From: Azolla caroliniana
Taxonomy: Eukaryota; Plantae; Polypodiophyta
Direction: 5' to 3'
DNA: 64,000 nt
NCBI GenBank assembly: GCA_043228905.1
Contig: JBHGNT010000016.1
Span: 372,001-436,000 of the forward strand
In this document: positions 27,467 to 42,400 of the stretch, piece after piece
Position numbering within the stretch: the first letter of the stretch is position 1
Layout: each line of letters begins with the position of its first letter
The notes under the pieces: generated by a model
Told to the model about the DNA's origin: nothing
Seen by the model: only the letters and a program-made list of their open reading frames with translations
The model's database searches: none
Position numbers and translations under genes: made by a program

Positions 27467-30400
27467 TGATTCTTATGTTTGAACACAAAAATCCGATATC
27501 ACACGAGCCAGGTATGAACATTTTAATTTACCTACTAGCGCTTATCAACTCCCTCCTCAAATTTGCTAATTTCTTCATGTCTCTCGACCTGAGTTTCAAA
27601 ATCTTGATTTTTCAATTCCATATTAGAGCTAGCGTTCTTAGCTTCGATTCGCAAGTTTGAACACAAAAATCCGATATTACACGAGCCACGTATGAACATT
27701 TTAATTTACCTACTAGCGCTTGTAACCTCCCTCATGAAACTTGCTAATTTCTTCATGTCTCTCGACCTGAGTTTCAAAATCTTGATTTTTTAATTGCATA
27801 TCAAAGCTAGCGCTCTTAGCTTCGATTCACATGTTTGAACACAAAAATCCGATATCACACAAGCCACGGATGAACATTATAATTTACCTACTAGCGCTTG
27901 TCAACTCCCTCCTCAACTTTGCTAATTTCTTCATGTCTCTCGACCTGAGTTTCAAAATTTTGATTTTTTAATTCCATATCAGAGCTAGCGTTGTTAGCTT
28001 CGATTCGCATGTTTGAACATAAAAATCCGATATCCTACGAGCCAGGTATGAACCTTTTAATTTACCTACTAGCGCTTGTCAACTCCCTCCGCAAATTTGC
28101 TAATTTCTTCATGTCTCTCGACCTGAGTTTCAAAATCTGGATTTTTCAACTCCTTAACAGAGCTAACATTGTTAGCTTCGATTCGCATGTTTGAACACAA
28201 AAATCCGATATCACACGAGCCACGGATGAACATTTTAATTTACTAACGCGCTCTTCTCCACTACCTCCTCAAATTTGCTAATTTCTTCATGTCTCACGAC
28301 CTGAATTTCAAAATCTTGATTTTTTAAATCCATATCTGAGCTAGCGTTGTTAGCTTCGATTCGCATGTTTGAACACAAAAATCCGATATCACACGAGCCA
28401 CGGATGAACATTTTAATTTACTAACGCGCTCTTCTCCACTACCTCCTCAAATTTGCTAATTTCTTCATGTCTCTCGACCTATGTTTCAAAATCTTGATTT
28501 TTTAATTCCATATCAGAGCAAGCGTTGTTAGCTTCGATTCCCATGTTTGAATACAAAAATACGATATCACACGAGCCACATATGAACATTTTAATTTACC
28601 TACTAGCTCTTGTCAACTCCCACCTGAAATTTGCTAATTTCTTCACGTCTCTCGACCTGACTTTCAAAATCTTGACTTTTTAATTCCATATTAGAGCTAG
28701 CGTTGTTAGCTTTGATTCTTATGTTTGAACACAGCAATCCGATATCACACGAGCCAGGTATGAACATTTTAATTTACCTACTAGCTCTTGTCAACTCCCT
28801 ACTCAAATTTGTTAATTTCTTCATGTCTCTCGACCTGAGTTTCAAAATCTTGATTTTTGAATTCCATATTAGAGCTAGCGTTGTTAGCTTCGATTCACAT
28901 GTTTTAACATAAAAATCCGATATCACACGAGCCAGGTATGAACCTTTTAATTTACCTACTAGCGCTTGTCAACTCCCTCTTCAAATTTGCTAATTTCTTC
29001 ATGTCTCTCGACCTGAGTTTCAAAATCTTGATTTTTTAATTCCATATCAGAGCTAGCGTTGTTAGCTTCGATTCGCATGTTTGAACATAAAAATCCGATA
29101 TCATACGAGCCAGGTATGAACCTTTTAATTTACCGACTAGCGCTTGTCAACTCCCTCCGCAAATTAGCTAATTTCTTCATGTCTCTCGACCTGAGTTTCA
29201 AAATCTTGATTTTTTAATACCATATCAGAGCTAGCGTTGCTAGCTTCGATTCGCATGTTTGAACATAAAAATCCGATATCACACGAGCCTGGTATGAACA
29301 TTTTAATTTACTAACGCGCTCTTCTCCACTACGTCCTCAAATTTACTAATTTCTTCATGTCTCTCGACCTGAGTTTCAAAATCTTGATTTTTTATATGTA
29401 TATTAGAGCTACCGTTGTTAGCTTCGATTCGCATGTTTGAACACAAAAATCCGATATCACATGAGCCACGTATGAACATTTTAATTTACCTACTAGCTCT
29501 TGTCAACTCCCTCCTCAAATTTGCTAATTTCTTCATGTCTCTCGACCTGAGTTTCAAAATCTTGATTTTTCAATTCCATATTAGACCTAGCGTTAGCTTC
29601 GATTCGCATGTTTGAACATAAAAATCCGATATCATACGAGCCAGGTATGAACCTTTTAATTTACCTACTAGCGCTTGTCAACTCCCTCCTCAAATTTGCT
29701 AATTTCTTCATGTCTCTCGACCTGAGCTACAAAATCTTGATTTTTTAATTCCGTAACATAGCTAGCGCTGTTAGCTTCGATTCACATGTTTGAACACAAA
29801 AATCCGATATCACACGAGCCACGGATGAACATTTTAATTTACCTACTAGCGCTTGTCAACTCCCTCCTCAAATTTGCTAATTTCTTCATGTCTCTCGACC
29901 TGAGCTACAAAATCTTGATTTTTTAATTCCGTAACATAGCTAGCGCTGTTAACTTCGATTCACATGTTTGAACACAAAAATCCGATATCACACGAGCCAC
30001 GGATGAACATTTTAATTTACCTACTAGGGCTTGTCAACTCCCTCCTCAAATTTGCTAATTTCTTCATGTGTCTCGACCTGAGTTTCAAAATCTTGATTTT
30101 TTAATACCATATCAGAGCTAGCGTTGTTAGCTTCGATTCACATGTTTGAACACAAAAAACTGATATCACACGAGCCTGGTATGAACATTTTAATTTACCT
30201 ACTAGGGCTTGTCAACTCCCTCCTTAAATTTACTAATTTTTTCATGTGTGTCGACCTGAGTTTCAAAATCTTGATTTTTTAATACCATATCAGAGCTAGC
30301 GGTGTTAGCTTCGATTCCCATGTTTGATCACAGAAATCAGATATCAAACGAGCCTGGTATGAACATTTTAATTTACTAACGCGCTCTTCTCCACTACCTG

Positions 30401-33400
30401 TCTCTCGACCTGAGTTTCAAAATCTGGATTTTTCAATTCCATATCAGAGCTAGCGTTGTTAGCTTTGATTCTTATGTTTGAACACAAAAATCCGATATCA
30501 CACGAGCCAGGTATGAACATTTTAATTTACCTACTAGCGCTTATCAACTCCCTCCTCAAATTTGCTAATTTCTTCATGTCTCTCGACCTGAGTTTCAAAA
30601 TCTTGATTTTTCAATTCCATATTAGAGCTAGCGTTCTTAGCTTCGATTCGCAAGTTTGAACACAAAAATCCGATATTACACGAGCCACGTATGAACATTT
30701 TAATTTACCTACTAGCGCTTGTAACCTCCCTCATGAAACTTGCTAATTTCTTCATGTCTCTCGACCTGAGTTTCAAAATCTTGATTTTTTAATTGCATAT
30801 CAAAGCTAGCGCTGTTAGCTTCGATTCACATGTTTGAACACAAAAATCCGATATCACATGAGCCACGGATGAACATTTTAATTTACTAACGCGCTCTTCT
30901 CCACTACCTCCTCAAATTTGCTAATTTCTTCATGTCTCACGACCTGAATTTCAAAATCTTGATTTTTTAAATCCATATCTGAGCTAGCGTTGTTAGCTTC
31001 GATTCGCATGTTTGAACACAAAAATCCGATATCACACGAGCCACGGATGAACATTTTAATTTACTAACGCGCTCTTCTCCACTACCTCCTCAAATTTGCT
31101 AATTTCTTCATGTCTCTCGACCTATGTTTCAAAATCTTGATTTTTTAATTCCATATCAGAGCAAGCGTTGTTAGCTTCGATTCCCATGTTTGAATACAAA
31201 AATACGATATCACACGAGCCACATATGAACATTTTAATTTACCTACTAGCTCTTGTCAACTCCCACCTGAAATTTGCTAATTTCTTCACGTCTCTCGACC
31301 TGACTTTCAAAATCTTGACTTTTTAATTCCATACTAGAGCTAGCGTTGTTAGCTTTGATTCTTATGTTTGAACACAGCAATCCGATATCACACGAGCCAG
31401 GTATGAACATTTTAATTTACCTACTAGCTCTTGTCAACTCCCTACTCAAATTTGTTAATTTCTTCATGTCTCTCGACCTGAGTTTCAAAATCTTGATTTT
31501 TGAATTCCATATTAGAGCTAGCGTTGTTAGCTTCGATTCACATGTTTTAACATAAAAATCCGATATCATACGAGCCAGGTATGAACCTTTTAATTTACCT
31601 ACTAACGCTTGTTAACTCCCTCCTCAAATTTGCTAATTTCTTCATATCTCTCGACCTGAAGCTTCAAAATCTTGATTTTTTAATTCCATAACATAGCTAG
31701 CGCTGTTAGCTTCGATTCACATGTTTGAACACAAAAATCCGATATCACACGAGCCACGGATGAACATTTTAATTTACCTACTAGCGCTTGTCAACTCCCT
31801 CCTCAAATTTGCTAATTTCTTCATGTCTCTCGACCTGAGTTTCAAAATCTTGATTTTTTAATTCCATATCAGAGCTAGCGCTGTTAGCTTCGATTCACAT
31901 GTTTGAACACAAAAATCCGATATCACACGAGCCTGGTATGAACATTTTAATTTACTAACGCGCTCTTCTCCACTACGTCCTCAAATTTACTAATTTCTTC
32001 ATGTCTCTCTACCTGAGTTTCAAAATGTTTATTTTTTATATGTATATTAGAGCTAGCGTTGGTAGCTTCGATTCGCATGTTTGAACACAAAAATCCGATA
32101 TCACACGAGCTAGGTATGAACATTTTAATTTACTAACGCGCTCTTCTCTACTACCTCCTCAAATTTGCTAATTTCTTCATTTGTGTCGACCTGAGTTTCA
32201 AAATCTTGATTTTTTAATTCCATATGACAGCTAGCGTTGTTAGCTTCGCTTCGCATGTTTGAACAAAGAAATCCGATATCACAAGAGCCAGGTATGAACA
32301 TTTTAATTTACTAACGCGCTCTTCTCCACTACCTCTTCAATTTTGCTAATTTCTTCATATCTCTCGAGCTGAGTTTCAAAATCTTGATATTTTAATTCCA
32401 TATCAGAGCTAGTGCTGTTAGCTTCGATTCGCATGTTTCAACATAGAAATCCGATATCACACGAGCCAGGTATGAACATTTTAATTTACCTACTAGCTCT
32501 TGTCAACTCCCTCCTAGAATTTGCTAATTTCTTCATGTGTGTCGACCTAAGTTTCAAAACTTGATTTCTTAATTCCATATCACAGCTAGCGTTGTTAGCT
32601 TCGATTCCCATGTTTGAACACAGAAATCAGATATCACTCGAGCCTGGTATGAACATTTTAATTTACTAACGTGCTCTTTTCCACTACCGCCTCAAATTTG
32701 CTAATTTCTTCATGTCTCTCGACCTGAGTTTCAAAATCTTGATTTTTCAATTCCATATCAGAGCTAGCGTTCTTAGCTTTGATTCTTATGTTTGAACACA
32801 AAAATCCGATATCACACGAGCCAGGTATGAACATTTTAATTTACTGACTAGCTCTTCTCAACTCCCTCCTCAAATTTCTTAATTTCTTCATGTCTCTCGA
32901 CCTGAGTTTCAAAATCTTGATTTTTTAATTCCATAACAGAGCTAGCGCTGTTAGCTTCGATTCACATGTTTGAACACAAAAATCTGATATCACACGAACC
33001 ACGTATGAACATTTTAATTTACCTACTAGCGCTTGTCAACTCCCTCTTCAAATTTACTAATTTCTTCATGTCTCTCGACCTGAGTTTCAAAATCTTGATT
33101 TTTCAATTTCATATTAGTGCTAGCGTTGTTAGCTTCGATTCGCATGTTTGAACACAAAAATCCGATATCACACGAGCCACGTATGAACATTTTAATATAA
33201 CCTACTAGCTCTTGTCAACTCCCTCCTAAAATTTGCTAATTTCTTCATGTCTCTCGACCTGAGTTTCAAAATCTTGATTTTTTAATTCCATATCAGAGCT
33301 AGCGTTGTTAGCTTCGATTCGCATGTTTGAACATAAAAATCCGATATCCTACGAGCCAGGTATGAACCTTTTAATTTACCTACTAGCGCTTGTCAACTCC

Positions 33401-36400
33401 CTCCGCAAATTAGCTAATTTCTTCATGTCTCTCGACCTGAAATTCAAAATCTGGATTTTTCAACTCCTTAACAGAGCTAACGTTGTTAGCTTCGATTCGC
33501 ATGTTTGAACACAAAAATCCGATATCACATGAGCCACGGATGAACATTTTAATTTACTAACGCGCTCTTCTCCACTACCTCCTCAAATTTGCTAATTTCT
33601 TCATGTCTCACGACCTGAATTTCAAAATCTTGATTTTTTAAATCCATATCTGAGCTAGCGTTGTTAGCTTCGATTCGCATGTTTGAACACAAAAATCCGA
33701 TATCACACGAGCCACGGATGAACATTTTAATTTACTAACGCGCTCTTCTCCACTACCTCCTCAAATTTGCTAATTTCTTCATGTCTCTCGACCTATGTTT
33801 CAAAATCTTGATTTTTTAATTCCATATCAGAGCAAGCGTTGTTAGCTTCGATTCCCATGTTTGAATACAAAAATACGATATCACACGAGCCACATATGAA
33901 CATTTTAATTTACCTACTAGCTCTTGTCAACTCCCACCTGAAATTTGCTAATTTCTTCACGTCTCTCGACCTGACTTTCAAAATCTTGACTTTTTAATTC
34001 CATATTAGAGCTAGCGTTGTTAGCTTTGATTCTTATGTTTGAACACAGCAATCCGATATCACACGAGCCAGGTATGAACATTTTAATTTACCTACTAGCT
34101 CTTGTCAACTCCCTACTCAAATTTGTTAATTTCTTCATGTCTCTCGACCTGAGTTTCAAAATCTTGATTTTTGAATTCCATATTAGAGCTAGCGTTGTTA
34201 GCTTCGATTCACATGTTTTAACATAAAAATCCGATATCATACGAGCCAGGTATGAACCTTTTAATTTACCTACTAACGCTTGTTAACTCCCTCCTCAAAT
34301 TTGCTAATTTCTTCATATCTCTCGACCTGAAGCTTCAAAATCTTGATTTTTTAATTCCATAACATAGCTAGCGCTGTTAGCTTCGATTCACATGTTTGAA
34401 CACAAAAATCCGATATCACACGAGCCACGGATGAACATTTTAATTTACCTACTAGCGCTTGTCAACTCCCTCCTCAAATTTGCTAATTTCTTCATGTCTC
34501 TCGACCTGAGTTTCAAAATCTTGATTTTTTAATTCCATATCAGAGCTAGCGCTGTTAGCTTCGATTCACATGTTTGAACACAAAAATCCGATATCACACG
34601 AGCCTGGTATGAACATTTTAATTTACTAACGCGCTCTTCTCCACTACGTCCTCAAATTTACTAATTTCTTCATGTCTCTCTACCTGAGTTTCAAAATGTT
34701 TATTTTTTATATGTATATTAGAGCTAGCGTTGGTAGCTTCGATTCGCATGTTTGAACACAAAAATCCGATATCACACGAGCTAGGTATGAACATTTTAAT
34801 TTACTAACGCGCTCTTCTCTACTACCTCCTCAAATTTGCTAATTTCTTCATTTGTGTTGACCTGAGTTTCAAAATCTTGATTTTTTAATTCCATATGACA
34901 GCTAGCGTTGTTAGCTTCGCTTCGCATGTTTGAACAAAGAAATCCGATATCACAAGAGCCAGGTATGAACATTTTAATTTACTAACGCGCTCTTCTCCAC
35001 TACCTCTTCAATTTTGCTAATTTCTTCATATCTCTCGAGCTGAGTTTCAAAATCTTGATATTTTAATTCCATATCAGAGCTAGTGCTGTTAGCTTCGATT
35101 CGCATGTTTCAACATAGAAATCCGATATCACACGAGCCAGGTATGAACATTTTAATTTACCTACTAGCTCTTGTCAACTCCCTCCTAGAATTTGCTAATT
35201 TCTTCATGTGTGTCGACCTAAGTTTCAAAACTTGATTTTTTAATTCCATATCACAGCTAGCGTTGTTAGCTTCGATTCCCATGTTTGAACACAGAAATCA
35301 GATATCACTCGAGCCTGGTATGAACATTTTAATTTACTAACGTGCTCTTTTCCACTACCGCCTCAAATTTGCTAATTTCTTCATGTCTCTCGACCTGAGT
35401 TTCAAAATCTTGATTTCTCAATTCCATATCAGAGCTAGCGTTCTTAGCTTTGATTCTTATGTTTGAACACAAAAATCCGATATCACACGAGCCAGGTATG
35501 AACATTTTAATTTACTGACTAGCTCTTCTCAACTCCCTCCTCAAATTTCTTAATTTCTTCATGTCTCTCGACCTGAGTTTCAAAATCTTGATTTTTTAAT
35601 TCCATAACAGAGCTAGCGCTGTTAGCTTCGATTCACATGTTTGAACACAAAAATCTGATATCACACGAACCACGTATGAACATTTTAATTTACCTACTAG
35701 CGCTTGTCAACTCCCTCTTCAAATTTACTAATTTCTTCATGTCTCTCGACCTGAGTTTCAAAATCTTGATTTTTCAATTTCATATTAGTGCTAGCGTTGT
35801 TAGCTTCGATTCGCATGTTTGAACACAAAAATCCGATATCACACGAGCCACGTATGAACATTTTAATATAACCTACTAGCTCTTGTCAACTCCCTCCTAA
35901 AATTTGCTAATTTCTTCATGTCTCTCGACCTGAGTTTCAAAATCTTGATTTTTTAATTCCATATCAGAGCTAGCGTTGTTAGCTTCGATTCGCATGTTTG
36001 AACATAAAAATCCGATATCCTACGAGCCAGGTATGAACCTTTTAATTTACCTACTAGCGCTTGTCAACTCCCTCCGCAAATTAGCTAATTTCTTCATGTC
36101 TCTCGACCTGAAATTCAAAATCTGGATTTTTCAACTCCTTAACAGAGCTAACGTTGTTAGCTTCGATTCGCATGTTTGAACACAAAAATCCGATATCACA
36201 TGAGCCACGGATGAACATTTTAATTTACTAACGCGCTCTTCTCCACTACCTCCTCAAATTTGCTAATTTCTTCATGTCTCACGACCTGAATTTCAAAATC
36301 TTGATTTTTTAAATCCATATCTGAGCTAGCGTTGTTAGCTTCGATTCGCATGTTTGAACACAAAAATCCGATATCACACGAGCCACGGATGAACATTTTA

Positions 36401-39400
36401 ATTTACTAACGCGCTCTTCTCCACTACCTCCTCAAATTTGCTAATTTCTTCATGTCTCTCGACCTATGTTTCAAAATCTTGATTTTTTAATTCCATATCA
36501 GAGCAAGCGTTGTTAGCTTCGATTCCCATGTTTGAATACAAAAATACGATATCACACGAGCCACATATGAACATTTTAATTTACCTACTAGCTCTTGTCA
36601 ACTCCCACCTGAAATTTGCTAATTTCTTCACGTCTCTCGACCTGACTTTCAAAATCTTGACTTTTTAATTCCATATTAGAGCTAGCGTTGTTAGCTTTGA
36701 TTCTTATGTTTGAACACAGCAATCCGATATCACACGAGCCAGGTATGAACATTTTAATTTACCTACTAGCTCTTGTCAACTCCCTACTCAAATTTGTTAA
36801 TTTCTTCATGTCTCTCGACCTGAGTTTCAAAATCTTGATTTTTGAATTCCATATTAGAGCTAGCGTTGTTAGCTTCGATTCACATGTTTTAACATAAAAA
36901 TCCGATATCATACGAGCCAGGTATGAACCTTTTAATTTACCTACTAACGCTTGTTAACTCCCTCCTCAAATTTGCTAATTTCTTCATATCTCTCGACCTG
37001 AAGCTTCAAAATCTTGATTTTTTAATTCCATAACATAGCTAGCGCTGTTAGCTTCGATTCACATGTTTGAACACAAAAATCCGATATCACACGAGCCACG
37101 GATGAACATTTTAATTTACCTACTAGCGCTTGTCAACTCCCTCCTCAAATTTGCTAATTTCTTCATGTCTCTCGACCTGAGTTTCAAAATCTTGATTTTT
37201 TAATTCCATATCAGAGCTAGCGCTGTTAGCTTCGATTCACATGTTTGAACACAAAAATCCGATATCACACGAGCCTGGTATGAACATTTTAATTTACTAA
37301 CGCGCTCTTCTCCACTACGTCCTCAAATTTACTAATTTCTTCATGTCTCTCTACCTGAGTTTCAAAATGTTTATTTTTTATATGTATATTAGAGCTAGCG
37401 TTGGTAGCTTCGATTCGCATGTTTGAACACAAAAATCCGATATCACACGAGCTAGGTATGAACATTTTAATTTACTAACGCGCTCTTCTCTACTACCTCG
37501 TCAAATTTGCTAATTTCTTCATTTGTGTCGACCTGAGTTTCAAAATCTTGATTTTTTAATTCCATATGACAGCTAGCGTTGTTAGCTTCGCTTCGCATGT
37601 TTGAACAAAGAAATCCGATATCACAAGAGCCAGGTATGAACATTTTAATTTACTAACGCGCTCTTCTCCACTACCTCTTCAATTTTGCTAATTTCTTCAT
37701 ATCTCTCGAGCTGAGTTTCAAAATCTTGATATTTTAATTCCATATCAGAGCTAGTGCTGTTAGCTTCGATTCGCATGTTTCAACATAGAAATCCGATATC
37801 ACACGAGCCAGGTATGAACATTTTAATTTACCTACTAGCTCTTGTCAACTCCCTCCTAGAATTTGCTAATTTCTTCATGTGTGTCGACCTAAGTTTCAAA
37901 ACTTGATTTTTTAATTCCATATCACAGCTAGCGTTGTTAGCTTCGATTCCCATGTTTGAACACAGAAATCAGATATCACTCGAGCCTGGTATGAACATTT
38001 TAATTTACTAACGTGCTCTTTTCCACTACCGCCTCAAATTTGCTAATTTCTTCATGTCTCTCGACCTGAGTTTCAAAATCTTGATTTTTCAATTCCATAT
38101 CAGAGCTAGCGTTCTTAGCTTTGATTCTTATGTTTGAACACAAAAATCCGATATCACACGAGCCAGGTATGAACATTTTAATTTACTGACTAGCTCTTCT
38201 CAACTCCCTCCTCAAATTTCTTAATTTCTTCATGTCTCTCGACCTGAGTTTCAAAATCTTGATTTTTTAATTCCATAACAGAGCTAGCGCTGTTAGCTTC
38301 GATTCACATGTTTGAACACAAAAATCTGATATCACACGAACCACGTATGAACATTTTAATTTACCTACTAGCGCTTGTCAACTCCCTCTTCAAATTTACT
38401 AATTTCTTCATGTCTCTCGACCTGAGTTTCAAAATCTTGATTTTTCAATTTCATATTAGTGCTAGCGTTGTTAGCTTCGATTCGCATGTTTGAACACAAA
38501 AATCCGATATCACACGAGCCACGTATGAACATTTTAATATAACCTACTAGCTCTTGTCAACTCCCTCCTAAAATTTGCTAATTTCTTCATGTCTCTCGAC
38601 CTGAGTTTCAAAATCTTGATTTTTTAATTCCATATCAGAGCTAGCGTTGTTAGCTTCGATTCGCATGTTTGAACATAAAAATCCGATATCCTACGAGCCA
38701 GGTATGAACCTTTTAATTTACCTACTAGCGCTTGTCAACTCCCTCCGCAAATTAGCTAATTTCTTCATGTCTCTCGACCTGAAATTCAAAATCTGGATTT
38801 TTCAACTCCTTAACAGAGCTAACGTTGTTAGCTTCGATTCGCATGTTTGAACACAAAAATCCGATATCACATGAGCCACGGATGAACATTTTAATTTACT
38901 AACGCGCTCTTCTCCACTACCTCCTCAAATTTGCTAATTTCTTCATGTCTCACGACCTGAATTTCAAAATCTTGATTTTTTAAATCCATATCTGAGCTAG
39001 CGTTGTTAGCTTCGATTCGCATGTTTGAACACAAAAATCCGATATCACACGAGCCACGGATGAACATTTTAATTTACTAACGCGCTCTTCTCCACTACCT
39101 CCTCAAATTTGCTAATTTCTTCATGTCTCTCGACCTATGTTTCAAAATCTTGATTTTTTAATTCCATATCAGAGCAAGCGTTGTTAGCTTCGATTCCCAT
39201 GTTTGAATACAAAAATACGATATCACACGAGCCACATATGAACATTTTAATTTACCTACTAGCTCTTGTCAACTCCCACCTGAAATTTGCTAATTTCTTC
39301 ACGTCTCTCGACCTGACTTTCAAAATCTTGACTTTTTAATTCCATATTAGAGCTAGCGTTGTTAGCTTTGATTCTTATGTTTGAACACAGCAATCCGATA

Positions 39401-42400
39401 TCACACGAGCCAGGTATGAACATTTTAATTTACCTACTAGCTCTTGTCAACTCCCTACTCAAATTTGTTAATTTCTTCATGTCTCTCGACCTGAGTTTCA
39501 AAATCTTGATTTTTGAATTCCATATTAGAGCTAGCGTTGTTAGCTTCGATTCACATGTTTTAACATAAAAATCCGATATCATACGAGCCAGGTATGAACC
39601 TTTTAATTTACCTACTAACGCTTGTTAACTCCCTCCTCAAATTTGCTAATTTCTTCATATCTCTCGACCTGAAGCTTCAAAATCTTGATTTTTTAATTCC
39701 ATAACATAGCTAGCGCTGTTAGCTTCGATTCACATGTTTGAACACAAAAATCCGATATCACACGAGCCACGGATGAACATTTTAATTTACCTACTAGCGC
39801 TTGTCAACTCCCTCCTCAAATTTGCTAATTTCTTCATGTCTCTCGACCTGAGTTTCAAAATCTTGATTTTTTAATTCCATATCAGAGCTAGCGCTGTTAG
39901 CTTCGATTCACATGTTTGAACACAAAAATCCGATATCACACGAGCCTGGTATGAACATTTTAATTTACTAACGCGCTCTTCTCCACTACGTCCTCAAATT
40001 TACTAATTTCTTCATGTCTCTCTACCTGAGTTTCAAAATGTTTATTTTTTATATGTATATTAGAGCTAGCGTTGGTAGCTTCGATTCGCATGTTTGAACA
40101 CAAAAATCCGATATCACACGAGCTAGGTATGAACATTTTAATTTACTAACGCGCTCTTCTCTACTACCTCCTCAAATTTGCTAATTTCTTCATTTGTGTC
40201 GACCTGAGTTTCAAAATCTTGATTTTTTAATTCCATATGACAGCTAGCGTTGTTAGCTTCGCTTCGCATGTTTGAACAAAGAAATCCGATATCACAAGAG
40301 CCAGGTATGAACATTTTAATTTACTAACGCGCTCTTCTCCACTACCTCTTCAATTTTGCTAATTTCTTCATATCTCTCGAGCTGAGTTTCAAAATCTTGA
40401 TATTTTAATTCCATATCAGAGCTAGTGCTGTTAGCTTCGATTCGCATGTTTCAACATAGAAATCCGATATCACACGAGCCAGGTATGAACATTTTAATTT
40501 ACCTACTAGCTCTTGTCAACTCCCTCCTAGAATTTGCTAATTTCTTCATGTGTGTCGACCTAAGTTTCAAAACTTGATTTTTTAATTCCATATCACAGCT
40601 AGCGTTGTTAGCTTCGATTCCCATGTTTGAACACAGAAATCAGATATCACTCGAGCCTGGTATGAACATTTTAATTTACTAACGTGCTCTTTTCCACTAC
40701 CGCCTCAAATTTGCTAATTTCTTCATGTCTCTCGACCTGAGTTTCAAAATCTTGATTTCTCAATTCCATATCAGAGCTAGCGTTCTTAGCTTTGATTCTT
40801 ATGTTTGAACACAAAAATCCGATATCACACGAGCCAGGTATGAACATTTTAATTTACTGACTAGCTCTTCTCAACTCCCTCCTCAAATTTCTTAATTTCT
40901 TCATGTCTCTCGACCTGAGTTTCAAAATCTTGATTTTTTAATTCCATAACAGAGCTAGCGCTGTTAGCTTCGATTCACATGTTTGAACACAAAAATCTGA
41001 TATCACACGAACCACGTATGAACATTTTAATTTACCTACTAGCGCTTGTCAACTCCCTCTTCAAATTTACTAATTTCTTCATGTCTCTCGACCTGAGTTT
41101 CAAAATCTTGATTTTTCAATTTCATATTAGTGCTAGCGTTGTTAGCTTCGATTCGCATGTTTGAACACAAAAATCCGATATCACACGAGCCACGTATGAA
41201 CATTTTAATATAACCTACTAGCTCTTGTCAACTCCCTCCTAAAATTTGCTAATTTCTTCATGTCTCTCGACCTGAGTTTCAAAATCTTGATTTTTTAATT
41301 CCATATCAGAGCTAGCGTTGTTAGCTTCGATTCGCATGTTTGAACATAAAAATCCGATATCCTACGAGCCAGGTATGAACCTTTTAATTTACCTACTAGC
41401 GCTTGTCAACTCCCTCCGCAAATTAGCTAATTTCTTCATGTCTCTCGACCTGAGTTTCAAAATTTTGATTTTTTAAAACCATATCAGAGCTAGCGTTGCT
41501 AGCTTCGATTCGCATGTTTGAACACAAAAATCCGATATCACATGAGCCACGGATGAACATTTTAATTTACTAACGCGCTCTTCTCCACTACCTCCTCAAA
41601 TTTGCTAATTTCTTCATGTCTCACGACCTGAATTTCAAAATCTTGATTTTTTAAATCCATATCTGAGCTAGCGTTGTTAGCTTCGATTCGCATGTTTGAA
41701 CACAAAAATCCGATATCACACGAGCCACGGATGAACATTTTAATTTACTAACGCGCTCTTCTCCACTACCTCCTCAAATTTGCTAATTTCTTCATGTCTC
41801 TCGACCTATGTTTCAAAATCTTGATTTTTTAATTCCATATCAGAGCAAGCGTTGTTAGCTTCGATTCCCATGTTTGAATACAAAAATACGATATCACACG
41901 AGCCACATATGAACATTTTAATTTACCTACTAGCTCTTGTCAACTCCCACCTGAAATTTGCTAATTTCTTCACGTCTCTCGACCTGACTTTCAAAATCTT
42001 GACTTTTTAATTCCATATTAGAGCTAGCGTTGTTAGCTTTGATTCTTATGTTTGAACACAGCAATCCGATATCACACGAGCCAGGTATGAACATTTTAAT
42101 TTACCTACTAGCTCTTGTCAACTCCCTACTCAAATTTGTTAATTTCTTCATGTCTCTCGACCTGAGTTTCAAAATCTTGATTTTTGAATTCCATATTAGA
42201 GCTAGCGTTGTTAGCTTCGATTCACATGTTTTAACATAAAAATCCGATATCATACGAGCCAGGTATGAACCTTTTAATTTACCTACTAACGCTTGTTAAC
42301 TCCCTCCTCAAATTTGCTAATTTCTTCATATCTCTCGACCTGAAGCTTCAAAATCTTGATTTTTTAATTCCATAACATAGCTAGCGCTGTTAGCTTCGAT

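Larger units (their letters stand above)
1..30821. repeat. Heterogeneous satellite domain: mosaic of short HORs and dispersed block duplications
   Basis: Marker monomers recur at irregular spacings (887, 1222, 1400, 1753, 1760, 6365, 9143, 12015 bp). The 175-, 162- and 154-bp monomers occur only in this domain. Confidence 0.92.
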
